Notes under the pieces: generated by a model
Database searches by the model: none
Told to the model about the DNA's origin: nothing
What the model saw: only the letters and a program-made list of their open reading frames with translations
Position numbers and translations under genes: made by a program
DNA from: Malacoraja senta
Taxonomy: Eukaryota
Assembly (NCBI GenBank): GCA_038087875.1
Contig: JAXLNO010003717.1
Coordinates: forward strand, 1-64,000
Direction: 5' to 3'
Length of the DNA: 64,000 nucleotides
In this document: in pieces, positions 21,401 through 36,400 of the stretch
How the letters are laid out: every line of letters begins with the position of its first letter
How positions within the stretch are numbered: position 1 is the first letter of the stretch

Positions 21401-24400
21401 TTATTGTCCAATGTCCCGGACGGGACAATGAAATTCTTACTTGCTGCAGCACCACAGCATATGTGAATATGTAAACATTGTATATAACGGGGGGAAAAAA
21501 AGAAAAAGTTCAATAAATAACAAATATTTGTGCAAATAGTCCACACGATGTTGCACGTTTCTGTATGTGAAATGAGCATTTGGCCCTGGATTTTAGTGGA
21601 TCATTTGGAGTTATTTACGTCTTCCGTTGTGATGGAGAATTCCACAGTTCCTCCCCCTATCTGTGAATTATTTGTGTCCTCCATTGTGAAAATAGAACCA
21701 AAGTATGCATTGTTCCATCATTTCTTTGCTACCAGTTAGAATTTTCTGTCTGTAGAGCACCTACATTTGCTTTCACTAATCTTTCCCTCTTTGATTAATA
21801 ACAGAAGCTTTAATGGTTATTTGTCATGTTCCCTGCAAGCTTACTCTCAAAATCCATCTTCTTGCTCTTAATCATGTTTTGTCACACTTGGGCCTGTTGC
21901 CTTACTCTTTTGGATCTATTGGCTCACCCTGACGTTGTGAGATGAATACTCTGCACATTGCACCATGTTCATTGATTCTCGATAGTTTGGGGTGCTTTCA
22001 CTACAACTCAGTGAAGTATAATAGTGAGTGGGTGACATTTTTATAACTGATTCATATCAACTGAGAGCAACCGGATGCGTGGAATTTACCCACGACAACT
22101 TGTTTGGCTGATACACAAAAATGCTGGAGAAACTCAGCGGGTGCAGCAGCATCTATGGAGGGAAGGAAATAGGCAACGTTTTGGCCCGAGTTTCTCCAGC
22201 ATTTTTGTGTCCCTGGGATTTTCCAGCATCTGCAGTTCCTTCTTAAACAACTTGTTTGGCTGAAACGGGTATTTTAGAACGCATCTCCGAAATTAGCAGG
22301 AAAAGACGGAATCAAAGGTGTTTTATTGTCATCGATCCCGAAACAGAACAATGAAATTTCTTACTAAACATAGTAGATAGACATTAAAAACTCAGCGGGC
22401 CAGGCAGCATCTCTGGAGACAAGGTATAGGTGACGATTCGGGTCGAGACCCTTCTTCAGACTGTACTCTGTCAAGCACCTTCTCCAAACTCTGTAAACAC
22501 CATAATACACAATAGTACTAGTACACAAGGCAAAGAGACAGATGCAACTTGAGGTTTAGTGGAATGGGACAACATTTGTACAAGCACACACCAGTTGATA
22601 ATGTTGATATGTTTTTGTTTGATACAGGTGTCTAGTATACAGTTCTGCCTTGGTCTAGTCAAATGAAGGCAGACTTGTTCTTGTGCTAAAAAATTGCAAA
22701 GGGACCTAATGGAGTGATGCGAAAAGAACTTGCATTTACATAGCACACCAAATGTTATTTGTCACTTAACATCAGGTGATGTAAACCGCAGGAACTTTGA
22801 TGTATTAATCAGCCCTGCCAGACTAAAATGGAGCTTTTGTTGTTTCTGGTTTCTGTTTCTGTCATGGTCTTCAGCTGCAGGAACCCACCAGCAGACTGCG
22901 AATTAGCTCCAGGACGCAGCTAAATCTTAGCTGCCCATTACTTAGCAAGAAAGTTTGAAATACCGGAAGTGTTGGGGTATTTTGTTGCTGCTTGGGTCTG
23001 AACGAGGGAATATTAAAGGCAAATGAACTAAGAAACCAGGGCAGAGAAACCTTATTCTCATGATGCTGCAGAATGGACTTTTAGAGTTAGTAGCCTGCGA
23101 TTGATTGAAAGATACAGCATGGAAACAGGCCCCACGGCCCACTGAGTCCACGCTGACAATCGATCACCCTTTCGCACTTGTTCTATGTTATCCCACTTTC
23201 TCACCCGTTCTCCGCGCACTAGGGGCAACTTGAGAGGCCAGTTAACCTACAAACCACGTCTTTGGGATGTGGGAGGAAACCCACGCGGTCACAGGGAGAA
23301 TGTGCAAACTCCACACAAACAGCACCCGAGGTCAGTATTGAACCAGGGTCTTTGTGCTGTGAGGCAACGGCTCTACCAGCTGCACCACCGTGCTGTCTCT
23401 AGTTGAAGCAGATACACCCTCGATGACACATGCTTGAAAGAAATGGGACTCTGACAACTGCTGATGTGCAGGACAGGCACTGGCTTGGGTTCGATGTGTC
23501 AAATCTCCATTTCTTTCTATTAAGAAATTAATAGGATCTCCCCAAACGCCTCAGCTTGGATCTAAGCATTGTGCTTTTGTCAACAATTGAATTAACAGAT
23601 GAACAGCGCTCTTGTTTCTCCAAATCTGTCTTACTGCCCATTTCCCCCAGTTCTCACAGTTCACCCATTGGAGGCTTGCCTTTACCTGTTTGACATTCTT
23701 TCCCTAAACCCGACCCTCCTCTTCAAAGCATTCTAACTGTGGCTTAGGATCAAAGTTAGTTTGACAAGCTCCTGTGCAACGACTTGGCATGTCTGGCTCA
23801 TGGGCTTGAGTCAGGCTTTCTGAAACCGCATCTCAACACGAAGGTCTTTGTCCAGCGTATAACCTGGTCATTCTGGCCGCTGCTGGAGCCGAACGAAAGC
23901 ACAAGTCGCCATTGTTTACCTATCCATGGGGCAGAGCTGCTGGAGGATCGCCAGTCTCCTGTGGTGTGAGAGGGATTATGTGGACCTGCTCTGCGGAGTC
24001 ATTGTGTTACTGTGTGGAAACAGACCCTTCGGCCCAACTTGCCCATGCTGACTAAAATGGCCCATCTACACCAGATTTTAGAGATATAGCGGGGAAACGG
24101 GCCCTTCGGCCCATGGAGCCTGCTCCAGCCATTGATCACTCCCGTAACTAACTATCCTACACACTAGGGACAATTTACAATTTTACCAAAGCCACATACT
24201 GTAACCTACAAACCTGTACGACTTTGGAGTGTGAGAGGAACTGGAGTACTCGGAGAAAACCTACATGGTCACAGGGGAACGTACAAACTCCATGCAAACA
24301 GCACCCGCAGTCAGGTTCGAAACCAAGTTCTCTGGCGCTGTAATGCGGCAACTCTACCACTATGCCGCCATAAAGTCCCACCTGCGTTAGGCTCATACCC

Positions 24401-27400
24401 CTCTAAACCTATCCATTTACCTCCCTAAGTGTTTCTTAACGAGCAATTAAATGTAACATCTCCAAATTTGCGAATGACACCAAGCTGGGTGGCAATGTGA
24501 GCTGTGAGGAGGATGCTATGAAGCTGCAGGGTGACATGGATAGGTTGGGTGAGTGGGCAGATGCATGGCAGATGCAGTGCATGTGGAATGTGGATAAATG
24601 TGAGGTTAACCACTTTGGTGGCAAGAACAAGAAGGCAGATTATTATCTGAATGGTGTCAGATTAGGAAAAGGGAAGATGCAACGAGACCTGGGTGTGCTT
24701 GTACATCGGTCACTGAAAGTAAGCATGCAGGTACAGCAGGCAGTGAAGAAAGCTAATGGCATGTTGGCCTTCATAGCGAGAGGATTTGAGTGTAGGAGCA
24801 AGGAGGTCCTACTGCAGTTGTACAGGGCCCTGGTGAGACCGCACCTGGAGTATTGTGTGCAGTTTTGGTCTCTTGAGGAAGAATATTCTTCCTATTGAGG
24901 GAGTGCAGCGTAGGTTCACCAGGTTAATTCCCGGGATGGCGGGATTGACATATGATGAAAGAATGGGTCGGCTGGGCTTATATTCACCGGAATTTAGACG
25001 GATAAGAGGGGATCTTAAAGGATTGGACAGGCTAGATGCAGGAAAAATGTTCCCGATGTTGGGGGAGTCCAGAACCTGGGTCACAGTTTAAGAATAAAGG
25101 GTAGGCCATTTAGGATTGAGATGAGGAAAAATGGCCACAGAAGGCAGAGGCCAATTCTCTGGATGCTTTCAAGAGAGAGATGCTTTCAAGATTTAGCTCT
25201 TGGGGCTAACGAAATCAAGGGATATGTGGAAAAAGCAGGAATGGGGTACTGATTTTGGATGATCAGCCATGATCATTTTGAAAGGTGGTGCTGGCTCCAA
25301 GGGCCAAATGGCCTACTCCTGCACCTATTTTCTATGTTTCAATGTAAAATGTTGTGACAGTCTCTAGATGTCTGGACTTGCAGGCTCTGCTTTCTCCTGC
25401 CATCTCCCCACAGGGAGTTATTCGGCTGCCGGAAGGTACGGGATTTTTGGTGAACAGTCCGATTGGAAATCTGGCTGATTGCCACCGTTTCCCAGACTTG
25501 GATTCCGATTGTGAGCCACTGGCGCTGGGAACATTCAGTTCTGACTCTGTATGCGGCAGCTGTTACTTTCATTCCCCTTCAGCGAGGAGACACTGAACAG
25601 AAGCTGCATTGGACTTGCTCCTTCAGTCCAAGGGCATCATTGCTTCCCTGGAAGAAGCTCTACCAACCCACAGCTGTCTGGCTGCCCCACATGTGCCAGC
25701 CTCAAACGGTGAGTGTTGATGGACTCTGTGACTAGGCAGCACCACCGCCAGCCACGGACCCACCCCAACCGTCTGTTGTTTCCAGCAGAACCAGGGGGTA
25801 GGAATCCAGAACCGGAATCGTGATGGCTTTCGGCTACCACTTTCTCGTAGACCCGTGGCCCTCATTGAGACCAATGTGCGCACCGCAGAACAACCCTGTA
25901 ACCTGCCTGGCAAGCCAGCGCCACGTTCATATTGCTGAGCGCGTTCTCTTGCCAGTAAACGTCTGTGGTCCATGCCAGGAACAACCTTGTCTGAGCAACC
26001 CTGCTTTGGAAGCCGCGTGTCACACTGGGCGGTGAGCCTTGCTACGTTTTTTTTAGAGTGGAGAGAAACAGTGTGGAAACAGGCCTTTCGGCCCACAAAG
26101 TGCGTACAGACAGAAGAGGGACCCGGGGGGGGGGGGGGGGGCATCGATAACAAAGGAGGGATCGGGCAGAGGGCTGCGTGCTGCCACTTGTGATGGCAGG
26201 TGGAAGATTGGACTGCTCAGTGAACTGTTGTGGCTTTGTCGGCACCAAAAATGTATCGCCACTTGTGTACTGCCTAGATGAGGTCTGCTGTATAATTTCA
26301 CCAGGTTGTACGCAAAGCAAAGCATTTCACTGTACCTAGGTGACAATAAAGTATCATTGAGTCCACGCAACCCAGCGGCCACCCAACACTGGTTCTATCC
26401 TAGGCACTAGGGACAATTCACAAGGGCCAATTAAACCAGCACCTGGAGAAAACCGGCTGGGCTTGTACACTCTGGAGTTTAGAAGGATGAGAGGGAATCT
26501 CATTGAAACATATAAGATTGTTAAGGGCTTGGACACGCTAGAGGCAGGAAACATGTTCCCGATGTTGGGGGAGTCCAGAACCAGGGGTCACAGTTTAAGA
26601 GTAAGGGGTAAGCCATTTAGAACAGAGACGAGGAAACACTTTTTCTCACAGAGAGTGGTGAGTCTGTGGAATTCTCTGCCTCAGAGGGCGGTGGACGCAG
26701 GTTCTCTGGATGCTTTCAAGAGAGAGCTAGATAGGGCTCTTAAAAATAGAAGAGTCAGGGGATATGGGGAGAAGGAAGGAACGGGGTACTGATTGGGGAT
26801 GATCAGCCATGATCACATTAAATGGCGGTGCTGGCTCGAAGGGCCAAATGGCCTACTCCTGCACCTATTGTCTATTATCTATTGTCTAAAACCCGCATGG
26901 CCACAGGGAGAACATACAAGCTCCGTAGAGACAGCCCCCTTAGTCGGGATCGAACCCAGGTCTCTGGCGCTGTGCGGCAGCAATTCTACCACTGTGCTGC
27001 CCAAGCTAGGATGAACTTGTGATCTTGAATGATGGAGCCATCTCTTCATGACGCAGTTCCAGGCTCGCTAATGCTTGGCTGGGCCTCACCAGTGAGATGA
27101 GAGTGTAGACCAATACGGAACCCATTTTCCAAGCAAGAGGGTGGTTTCAGTGTCCATTGAGAGAGGCAACTCCTGAGGGTTGTAACTTGCCAATATTGTG
27201 TGTCGTTGACGGTGGTAACAGTATTTAGAAATCTGATAAGGATAGAAATCTACCAGTATTTCTGAAGGAGGGCAAAAAGTTGGTGAACTTTGTGGCTTTA
27301 ATCTAGCTTTTGTGTGACTTGCAAACTCTTTGAATCACTTCCCTCTGGAAGGCGACTGTCGAAGCTGCCACTGCCAGACATAAAAACAGCATTTGTCCAC

Positions 27401-30400
27401 GAGTAGTAGCTCTACTCAATAACCAATAATCTGTAGCCTCCTTTTGCCCTGGTATTTTATTTAATTCACATGTTTAATCAATAATGTTTTATTATTAATG
27501 TTTAATGTTTTATGTGTCACTGTATGTCGTTGTCACTTGCGGGCGGAGCACCAAGGCAAATTCCTTGTATGTGAATACTTGGCCAATAAACCTATTCATT
27601 CATTCATTCATTCATTCATTCATAACAAACCTTTCAGGTACATAAAGTACACCTACATGTAGTGTTGAATACTGTGTAAGTTCAAGGCAGCAAACTGCAC
27701 CATCAATGTGTGAAAGGAAAAAACACAGTGCTGAGGAACTCTGCTGGCCAGGCAGCATCTGTGGAGTGACATGGACAGACAACATATTGGGTTGGGACCC
27801 TTCTTCAGACTGAGGATTCTCGCCCATTTGTCCATTTTTCTCCACGGACGCTGTCTGACTCACCACGTTCCTCCAGCACGTTTTTTTTTTGCTTAAGATT
27901 CCAGCATCTGCAGGCTCTTGTGTCTCCAAGGGGTTTATTAAAGTTGGGTGGCTGGCAAAAAGTCATTGTACTTTGTTTTGAAGAACATATTTGCGCACTC
28001 CCCCACTTGGGTAAGGGATACGTTCCATGAACCCTTCCGTAAGTCAGATTTTACGTAAGTTGGAATCCCTGTCCCTATCCCCAGCCCGAAATAACTCACT
28101 GAGAGTATTAACTGCCTCAGTGGGGACCAGCTGGATCCGGGGCACTTTCTGTTGCGCGCGGCCTTCTGGGTAAGCACCACCGCCATTGCGGCTTGTTTCC
28201 GATGTAAACATAGAAACAGAAACATAGAAATTAGGTGCAGGAGTAGGCCATTCGGCCCTTCGAGCCTGCACCGCCATTCAATATGATCATGGCTGATCAT
28301 CCAACTCAGTATCCCGTACCTGCCTTCTCTCCATACCCTCTGATCCCTTTAGCCACAAGGGCCACATCTAACTCCCTCTTAAATATAGCCAATGAACTGG
28401 CCTCGACTACCCTCTGTGGCAGAGAGTTCCAGAGATTCACCACTCTCTGTGTGAAAAAAGTTCTTCTCATCTCGGTTTTAAAGGATTTCCCCCTTATCCT
28501 TAAGCTGTGACCCCTTGTCCTGGACTTCCCCAACATCGGGAGCAATCTTCCTGCATCTAGCCTGTCCAACCCCTTAAGAATTTTGTACGTTTCTATAAGA
28601 TCCCCTCTCAATCTCCTAAATTCTAGAGAGTATAAACCAAGTCTATCCAGTCTTTCTTCATGACAGTCCTGACATCCCAGGAATCAGTCTGGTGAACCTT
28701 CTCTGCACTCCCTCTATGGCAATAATGTCCTTCCTCAGATTTGGAGACCAAAACTGTACGCAATACTCCAGGTGTGGTCTCACCAAGACCCTGTACAACT
28801 GCAGTAGAACCTCCCTGCTCCTATACTCAAATCCTTTTGCTATGAAAGCTAACATCCCATTCGCTTTCTTCACTGCCTGCTGCACCTGCATGCCTACTTT
28901 CAATGACTGGTGTACCATGACACCCAGGTCTCGCTGCATCTCCCCTTTTCCTAGTCGGCCACCATTTAGATAATAGTCTGCTTTCCTGTTTTTGCCACCA
29001 AAATGGATAACCTCACATTTATCCACATTATACTGCATCTGCCAAACATTTGCCCACTCACCCAACCTGTACAGTGTTGTGGGAATTATAAACCGCCTTG
29101 ACTGCACTAGGGACTGAGTGTGGAATTGTTTCTGAAAGCGCTGATTTACGTAAGTGGCCCATTGCGTTAGTCGGGGTGTGTTTGTAGCTAGTTGTGATTC
29201 ACAAAACGATCAGAACGGTGTAAAACATGCAATCAGAAGGCGCCAAGTTTCTTGTTTTTTCTTTTCTTTCTGTGCAGTGATTCTTCGCCAGTGTTTCAGC
29301 CAACCTCTCTCCGATGTCGGAGGAGCAGTGCCTCGGTAAATCTCGGCTGCCAGAGCTCGGTGAGTATTTCCTCGCCATCCTTCACTGTGAGCCAGAAGCA
29401 GTACCACTCCCATGTTGTTTACCAGGCTGAATCAAAACCTTGGAGCACGCAACGAAAGCTTTTCACTGTACCTCGGTACACGTGGCAATAAACTAAACTG
29501 AGCTTGGGTTTCAAGATTTGAGAAGCGGACGGACAAAGATTTATTAAATGTCAGTGTTAAAGAAGGAACTGCAGATGCTGGAAAATTGAAGGTAGACAAA
29601 AGTGCTGGAGAAACTCAGCGGGTGCAGCAGCATCTATGGAGCGAAGGAAATAGGCAACGTTTCGGGCCGAAACACAAAGGAAATAGGCAACGTTTCGGGT
29701 CGAAACACAAAGGAAATAGGCAACGTTTCGACCCGAAACGTTGCCTATTTCCTTCGCTCCATAGATGCTGCTGCACCCGCTGAGTCTCTCCAGCACTTTT
29801 GTCTACCTATTAAATGTCAGTACTTGGGAACCATGATAAATGGCTGAAGATACACCAGGCGGAAGGGGAAGGGGTGGTGGGGGTGCAAGTGAAGGTAGTT
29901 GGTTCCAAGCTTAAGTTGGAAGATTGTAGTTTTGGGAGTGTGGTAGGTCGACAGAGGCCACAGGGATAGCGGGGTTCAAGGGGGAGCTTTTGAGCCCACA
30001 TTTTTAGTGTCTAGTGTTTCGCCAGCTGAGATAATGCTTTAAAGCTCTTCTGTAATATGAGTTGGAACTTTGTCGTCGATATTATTGCCTGCAAATACTA
30101 TAAGGCCTCACTAAGCTCCCAACTCATCTTTCCGTTCATGGCAATGCAGGTAGCATTATTTTTAAGTTGGTGACACAAGTTGGAAACTTGGGGCAGTGTT
30201 GGAGTAACTCGGTGGGTCAGGCAGCATCTGTGGAGGGAATGAATAGACGATATTTCAGGTTGGGACCCCACAATCAGTCTGAAGAAGTGTCCTGTCCCCA
30301 AATGTCACCTACCCATGTTGTCCAGAGATGCTGCCCAACCTGCTGAGTCACTCCAGCATTTTGCGACTTTCTCTTATGGTGAGTTGGAATGTGCGGCCTG

Positions 30401-33400
30401 AAAGGGTAATGGGGAAACAGGAAACTAGAACATAGAACAGTACAGGAATGGGCCCTTTGACCCACAATGCTGTACCAAAAGTGATGCCTAGAGTTACTAA
30501 AAGCTGAACGACTGCTTTGTTTTTGTTCTTTCCATCCACCCCTCTTTCCTTCTAGTCGTTCCCACTGTCACCATTCCGAACCCTCAACAGTCGGATCGAC
30601 CAGATTCGGCAGGTAAGGCTTACCTTGTGCTTTGTGATGATGTTAAATTCAATAGAAACCATTTTATTTCCTTCTGAGCTTATGTGATTTCCTCCACATG
30701 TGAGAGTCTTCGATCATTGTGCTTCTACTTTGTGTTGGCATCAGATGCATTGTTTAGAAGGGAGTGCAAATTATCAGACCATTTGGCCCAACAGAGAGTT
30801 AGTACTCTCCATACTAGCCCTCCTACTGTGCCTTACCTTGCCTTCTCAGTGCATAGAGTCATTCGGCCCAACTCGTCCATGCGTACCAAGATGCGCCATC
30901 CAAGCTTCTCCCATTTGGTCCATATCCCTCTAACTTTTCCCATCTATGTACCTGCCCAAATGTCTTCTAAATGCTCTCATAGTAATGTCTCAACCACCTC
31001 CTCTGGCAGCTAGTTCCAACCACCCAATGACTGAAAATGTTACCCACCCGGTTTCGATTAAATCTTGCCCCTCTCACCTTAAGCGTATGTTCTCTGGTTT
31101 TGGGTTCCCCAATCCTGGCTAAAAGACTCTGTGCATCTACCCTATCTATTCTAATTGTTTAGTTATTTTTTTTCTCCCTCATCAACTTAATTAACTCCCT
31201 TTTAATGCTTTCAAGAAAGAGGTGATTGGGCGCAGCAGTAGAGTTGCTGCCGTACAGCGCCAGGGACCTGGGTTCGATCCTGACCACGGGTGATGTCTGT
31301 ACGGAGTTTGTACGTTCTCCCTGTGACCATGTAGGATTTTTCCGGGTGCTCTGGATTCCTCCCACATTCCAAAGACGTACAGTTTTGTAGGTTAATTGGC
31401 TTGGGTAAAATTTTAAATAGTCCCTAGTGTGTAGGAAAGTGCAGGGGTGGGATCGCTGGTCGGTGCGGACTAGTTGGGCCAGATGATCTGTTTTCATGCT
31501 GTAACTAAACTAAACTAAAAATGTACCATCTTCTCTGTGAGAGGGAAAACCATTGCACATACAGCCCCATCTCCCAGAGCCATCCAAGTCAATAGACAAT
31601 AGACAATAGGTGTAGGAGTAGGCCATTTGGCCCTCCGAGCCAGCACCTCCATTCAATGTGATCATGGCTGATCATCCCCAATCAGTACCCCGTTCCTGCC
31701 TTCTCCCCATATCCCCTGTCTCCGCTATCTTTAAGAGCCCTATCTAGCTCTCTCTTGAAAGCATCCAGAGAACCTGCCTCCACCGCCCTCTGAGGCAGAG
31801 AATTCCACAGACTCACCACTCTCTGTGAGAAAAAGGGTTTCCTCATCTCCGTTCTGGGGGAGAAGGTTCTGACAAAAGTTTAGTCAAGAGAAAACAGAGA
31901 GAGTGTGTAAAATAGACTCCACCGAGTCCACCCCGACCAACAATACGCTAGTTCTATCCTACACTAGGGACAATTTACAGAAGCCAATTAACTGACAAAC
32001 CTGCATGTCCTTGGAGTGTGGGAGGAAACCGGAGCTGCAGCTAACTACCGCACACAGACACAAAAGGAAATTGCCTGTTTTATTTTGCGTTTCAGGAGGA
32101 GAGCATGGACATGATGAACCGTGAGACTGCGCACGAAAGGTGAGTCTGGCAACTGGAACTGCCCACTCTGTCCGGTTTGTTCGTTCCAGGTGGACGCAGT
32201 CTGTGGCCATTCCCAAACCTTCCTGGTTTTTATCTGTCCATTCCTGAGGACAAGGTGCAACTCAGAGGACCATTCAACCCATCTTGTTTGTGCTGGCTCT
32301 TAAAATGAGCTCTCACTTGCCCTGCTCACTATCCATTGACCTGAATGAATGAATACGTTTATTGGCCAAGTATTCACATACAAGGAATTTGCCTTGTTGC
32401 TCTGCCCGCAAGTGACGACGACATACAGTGACAGTTAGGAATGACATATAAAACATTAAACATTAATAATAAAACATTATTGATTAAACATGTTAGACCT
32501 GCAATATTCTTCCTACATAGGACTATATAGCACAAAAATGGGCTCTTCTGCCCACAGCATTTGTGTCGAACATGATGCTTAGCTGAAATGATCTCATCGG
32601 CTAGCACGTTATCCATATCCCTCTAATCCCAGCATACCCATGTGTTTATCCGAAACCCTCTTAACCACCACTATCGTATCTGCCTCCACCACCATTCCTT
32701 GCAATGCATTCCAGGCTCCCACCATCGTGGCTCTTCTGCTCCCACGCTGCAGTACTTAAAAGGCAGCTTGCACGCCAGCACGTCGTGTCCTCCTGCCAAC
32801 CTGGAGTTGGAGGGGCTCCAGCTGTTAGACACATTGTGAGAAAAGCCAAGGTTGTAGAAGTGCTGCTGTTGCAGTGTGGCCACGGTGAACGAAACTGACC
32901 GACTTACTGATGTGCCACTTACAGTGGGGGAGGGGGGACTGGGGGAACTAAGTTTTGCGGATGTTTAGTTTGGAGGAACAGCGTGGAAACTGTCCCACAC
33001 GCAGGGGACAGCTTTGCAGAAGTCAATCAACCTACAAACGTGCACGTCTTTGGAGTGTGGGAGGAAATCGGAGCACCTGGAGAAAACCCACGCGGTCACG
33101 GGGAGAACGTGCAAACTCCGCACAGACAGCGCCTGTAGTTAGGATTGACCCCTGGTCTCTGGCGCTGTAAGGCAGCAGCTCTACCGCTGTGCCGCCCAAA
33201 GATTGTCAGAACCTTTTTCCCCCAGGGTAGATAGGAAAAAGACTAGAGGACTTGGGTTTAATTTGAGAGGGACAATGTTTTATCTTATACAGAGAGATTG
33301 ATAGGTGCCTAGAATGCACTTCCACGGGCGGTGGTGGACACTGAATCTCCACAGACGCTGTCTGACTTGCTGAATCTTTCCAGTAATTTGGGTTCCAATT

Positions 33401-36400
33401 TCCCTTAGCAAAGTAGCTGTGAGCACAACATCAGTCCAGCCATGGTGTTCCACACTGCTCTTCTTCCACATCTGCAGCTACTGCTTGCAATATTCTGCTT
33501 GCAAGAGATCACCGCTGCCATAGGAAGCACTCTTCTGCAGCTCGAGACCACACCATTTCTGCAGAGTTTCCACCAGTCCTGCCGTGTTAAACCTGTGGGC
33601 AGGAAATAAAAAAATGATCAGGGTTTTCCTACGCTCAACATCACTCCAGCTGAAACGGACCCTATGATTCTTGCAGTAACTTGGCTGAGGAGGAGGAAGA
33701 TGCTAGTATGGTTCCGGTGACTAATTTGTGTCTATTTTTTCCTCTCTGAAGAGGGATACACGCAGCCATGCAGATGAGCTGCTCGTGGGAGGATGGCTTT
33801 ACACTGGTGAGTACTTGGCCAGGCTAGTTTAGTATAGAGAACCAGCGCGGAAACAGGCCCACCGAGTCCATGCCGACCAGCGATCCCCGCACTCTAACAC
33901 TATCTTACACACACTAGGGACAATTTACAATGATACCAAACCAACTAACCTACAAACCGGTACGCCGTTGGAGCATGGGAGGAAACCGAAGATCTCGGGA
34001 CAAAACCCACAGGGTGAACGTAGAAACTCCGTTCAGACAAGCACCCGTGGTCAGGATCGAACCCGGGTCTCCACCACTGTGAGGCAGCAACTCTACCACT
34101 GCGACACTGTGCCACCCTAATGAGTAGGATAGAACCAGTGTATGTGTGATCGTTGGTCAGCACGGACTCGGTGGGCCGAAGGGCCTGTTTTCACGCTGTA
34201 TCCCTTAAACTAAACTAATCAGATGGGTGGAAATGCTGGGTAAATCAGACCTCCTTTAATCTTGGCAGCTTTCATTTTGATAGCAAGTTTTTAATGGGCA
34301 AGGGGCCATCCAATAAAAAAAATGCTAACATGTTTTTGTTTAGTTTTGTTTGGCGATGCAGCATGGAAACAATCCTTCAGCCATCCAAGTCCACGCCGAC
34401 CATAGATTACCGGTTCACACTAGTTCTATGTCATCTCACTTTCACGTCCTACACATGCTCCCTACACATCAGGGAGTAATTTACAGAGGCCAATTAACCT
34501 AATGACCTAACATTTATCCTGACACCGTGTTTTAGACTCCTCAGCCGGTGAAACATTTCCCTGCTTCTAACCCATCAAATTCCTTAAGAATTTTAATCTT
34601 TGGTACATTTTGAGGAGAGCTGACCGAATCCCTAAATACTGGAGACACAAGCAACTGCAGATGCTAGAATCAAGCAAAAAATGCTGGAGGAACTCTGGGT
34701 CAGACAGCGTCTGTGGAGGGAATGGATAGACTGAGTCTGGAGAAAATTCCTGTCCCAAAACATCGTCTGTCCATTCCCTCCACAGATACTACCTGGTAGA
34801 CAAATGTGCTGTAGAAACTCAGCGGATGCAGCAGCATCTATGGAGCGAAGGAAATAGGCAACATTTCGGGCCGAAACCCTTCTGAAGAAGTCTGAAGAAG
34901 GGTTTCGGCCTGAAACGTTGCCTATTTCCTTCGCTCCATAGATGCTGCTGCACCTGCTGAGTTTCTCCAGCATTTTGTGTATCAGCCAAACAAGTTGTTT
35001 TGGGTAAACTCCACGCATCCGGTTGCTCTCAGTTGATATGAATCAGTTATAAAAATGTCACCCACTCACTATTATACTTCACTGAGTTGTAGTGAAAGCA
35101 CCCCAAAGCATCTGCAGTTCCTTCTTAAACACAGATACTACCTGACCTGCTGAGTCCTCCAGCACTTTGTGTTTTGCTCAAGATTTCGAGAGCTGCAGTT
35201 CCTTGTGTCGCCGCTTCTTTGGTCTTCCTGTCTGCCCTGAATTCTCATTTAGTCTCTGGATCATTCCCGTGCACATAGTTATTCAAAGTAATGATGGGTA
35301 GAGAGTCACAGAGTGATACAGTGTGGAAACAGGCCCTTCGGTCCAACTTGCCCACACCGGCCAACATGTCCCAGCTACACTAGTCCCACCTGCCTGTGTT
35401 TTGTCCATATCCCTCCAAACCGGTCCTATCCATGTACCTGTCTAACTGTTTCTTAAACGTTGGGTTAGTCCCTGCCTCAACTTCCTCTTCTGGCAGCTTG
35501 TTCCTTCCATACACCCACCACCCTTTGTGTGAAAAAAAGTTACCACTCAGATTCTTATTAAATCTTTAAACCTATGTCCTCTGGTCCTCGATTCCCCAAC
35601 TCTGGGCAAGAGATTCTGTGGATCTACCCGATTTATTCCCCTCATGATTTTAAACACCTCTATAAGATCACGCCTCACTAGGTACTGGGTGTCTCAGATG
35701 AATCAGCCGTGATTGTTGTTGTGTGAGTGCGTCAAGTGGATTTGTACTGCTTACCGGGCACCTATCCTTCTTTGTGCAGTGTGATCAGATGGTGACGGCT
35801 GAGCAGGAAGACCGGGTATTGAGCCTGCAGAGCGACGATATCTTCCCCCTCGCCCCTTCCCCAACACGGATCGGCAAGGTATGGAAATCTGTCGGTACCT
35901 TTATGTCATACCGAAGATAGACATAAAATGGTGGAGTAACTCGGCGCGGGACAGGCAGCATCTCTGGCGAACAGGATTAGGTGACGTTTAGGGTCGGAAC
36001 CCTTCCTTGGACTCGAGGTCTGAGGAAGGGTTCCGACCCGTCACCTATTCCTTTTCTCCAGAGATGCTGCCTGTCCCGCTGAGTTACTCCAACATTTAGG
36101 GTCTATCATTGCTGCAGTAACTCAGCAGGTCAGGCAGCATCTCTGGAACACAGGGAAAGGGGACTTTTTGGGTTTGGTCTGAAGATGGGTCCCGACCCGA
36201 AACGTCACCTTTCCATGTTCTCCAGAGATGTTGCCTGACCCGCTGAGCTACTCCGGCATTTGTGTCTATCTGCATAAGATGTTTGGTGCAGGCTGGTGTA
36301 TCATTTCTGTTTTACACAAGAATCTTGGTGAGCCTAAAAGCAATTAATTTAAGTCAGGTACCGAGGTACAGTGAAAAGCTTTTGTTGCGTGCTAACCAGT

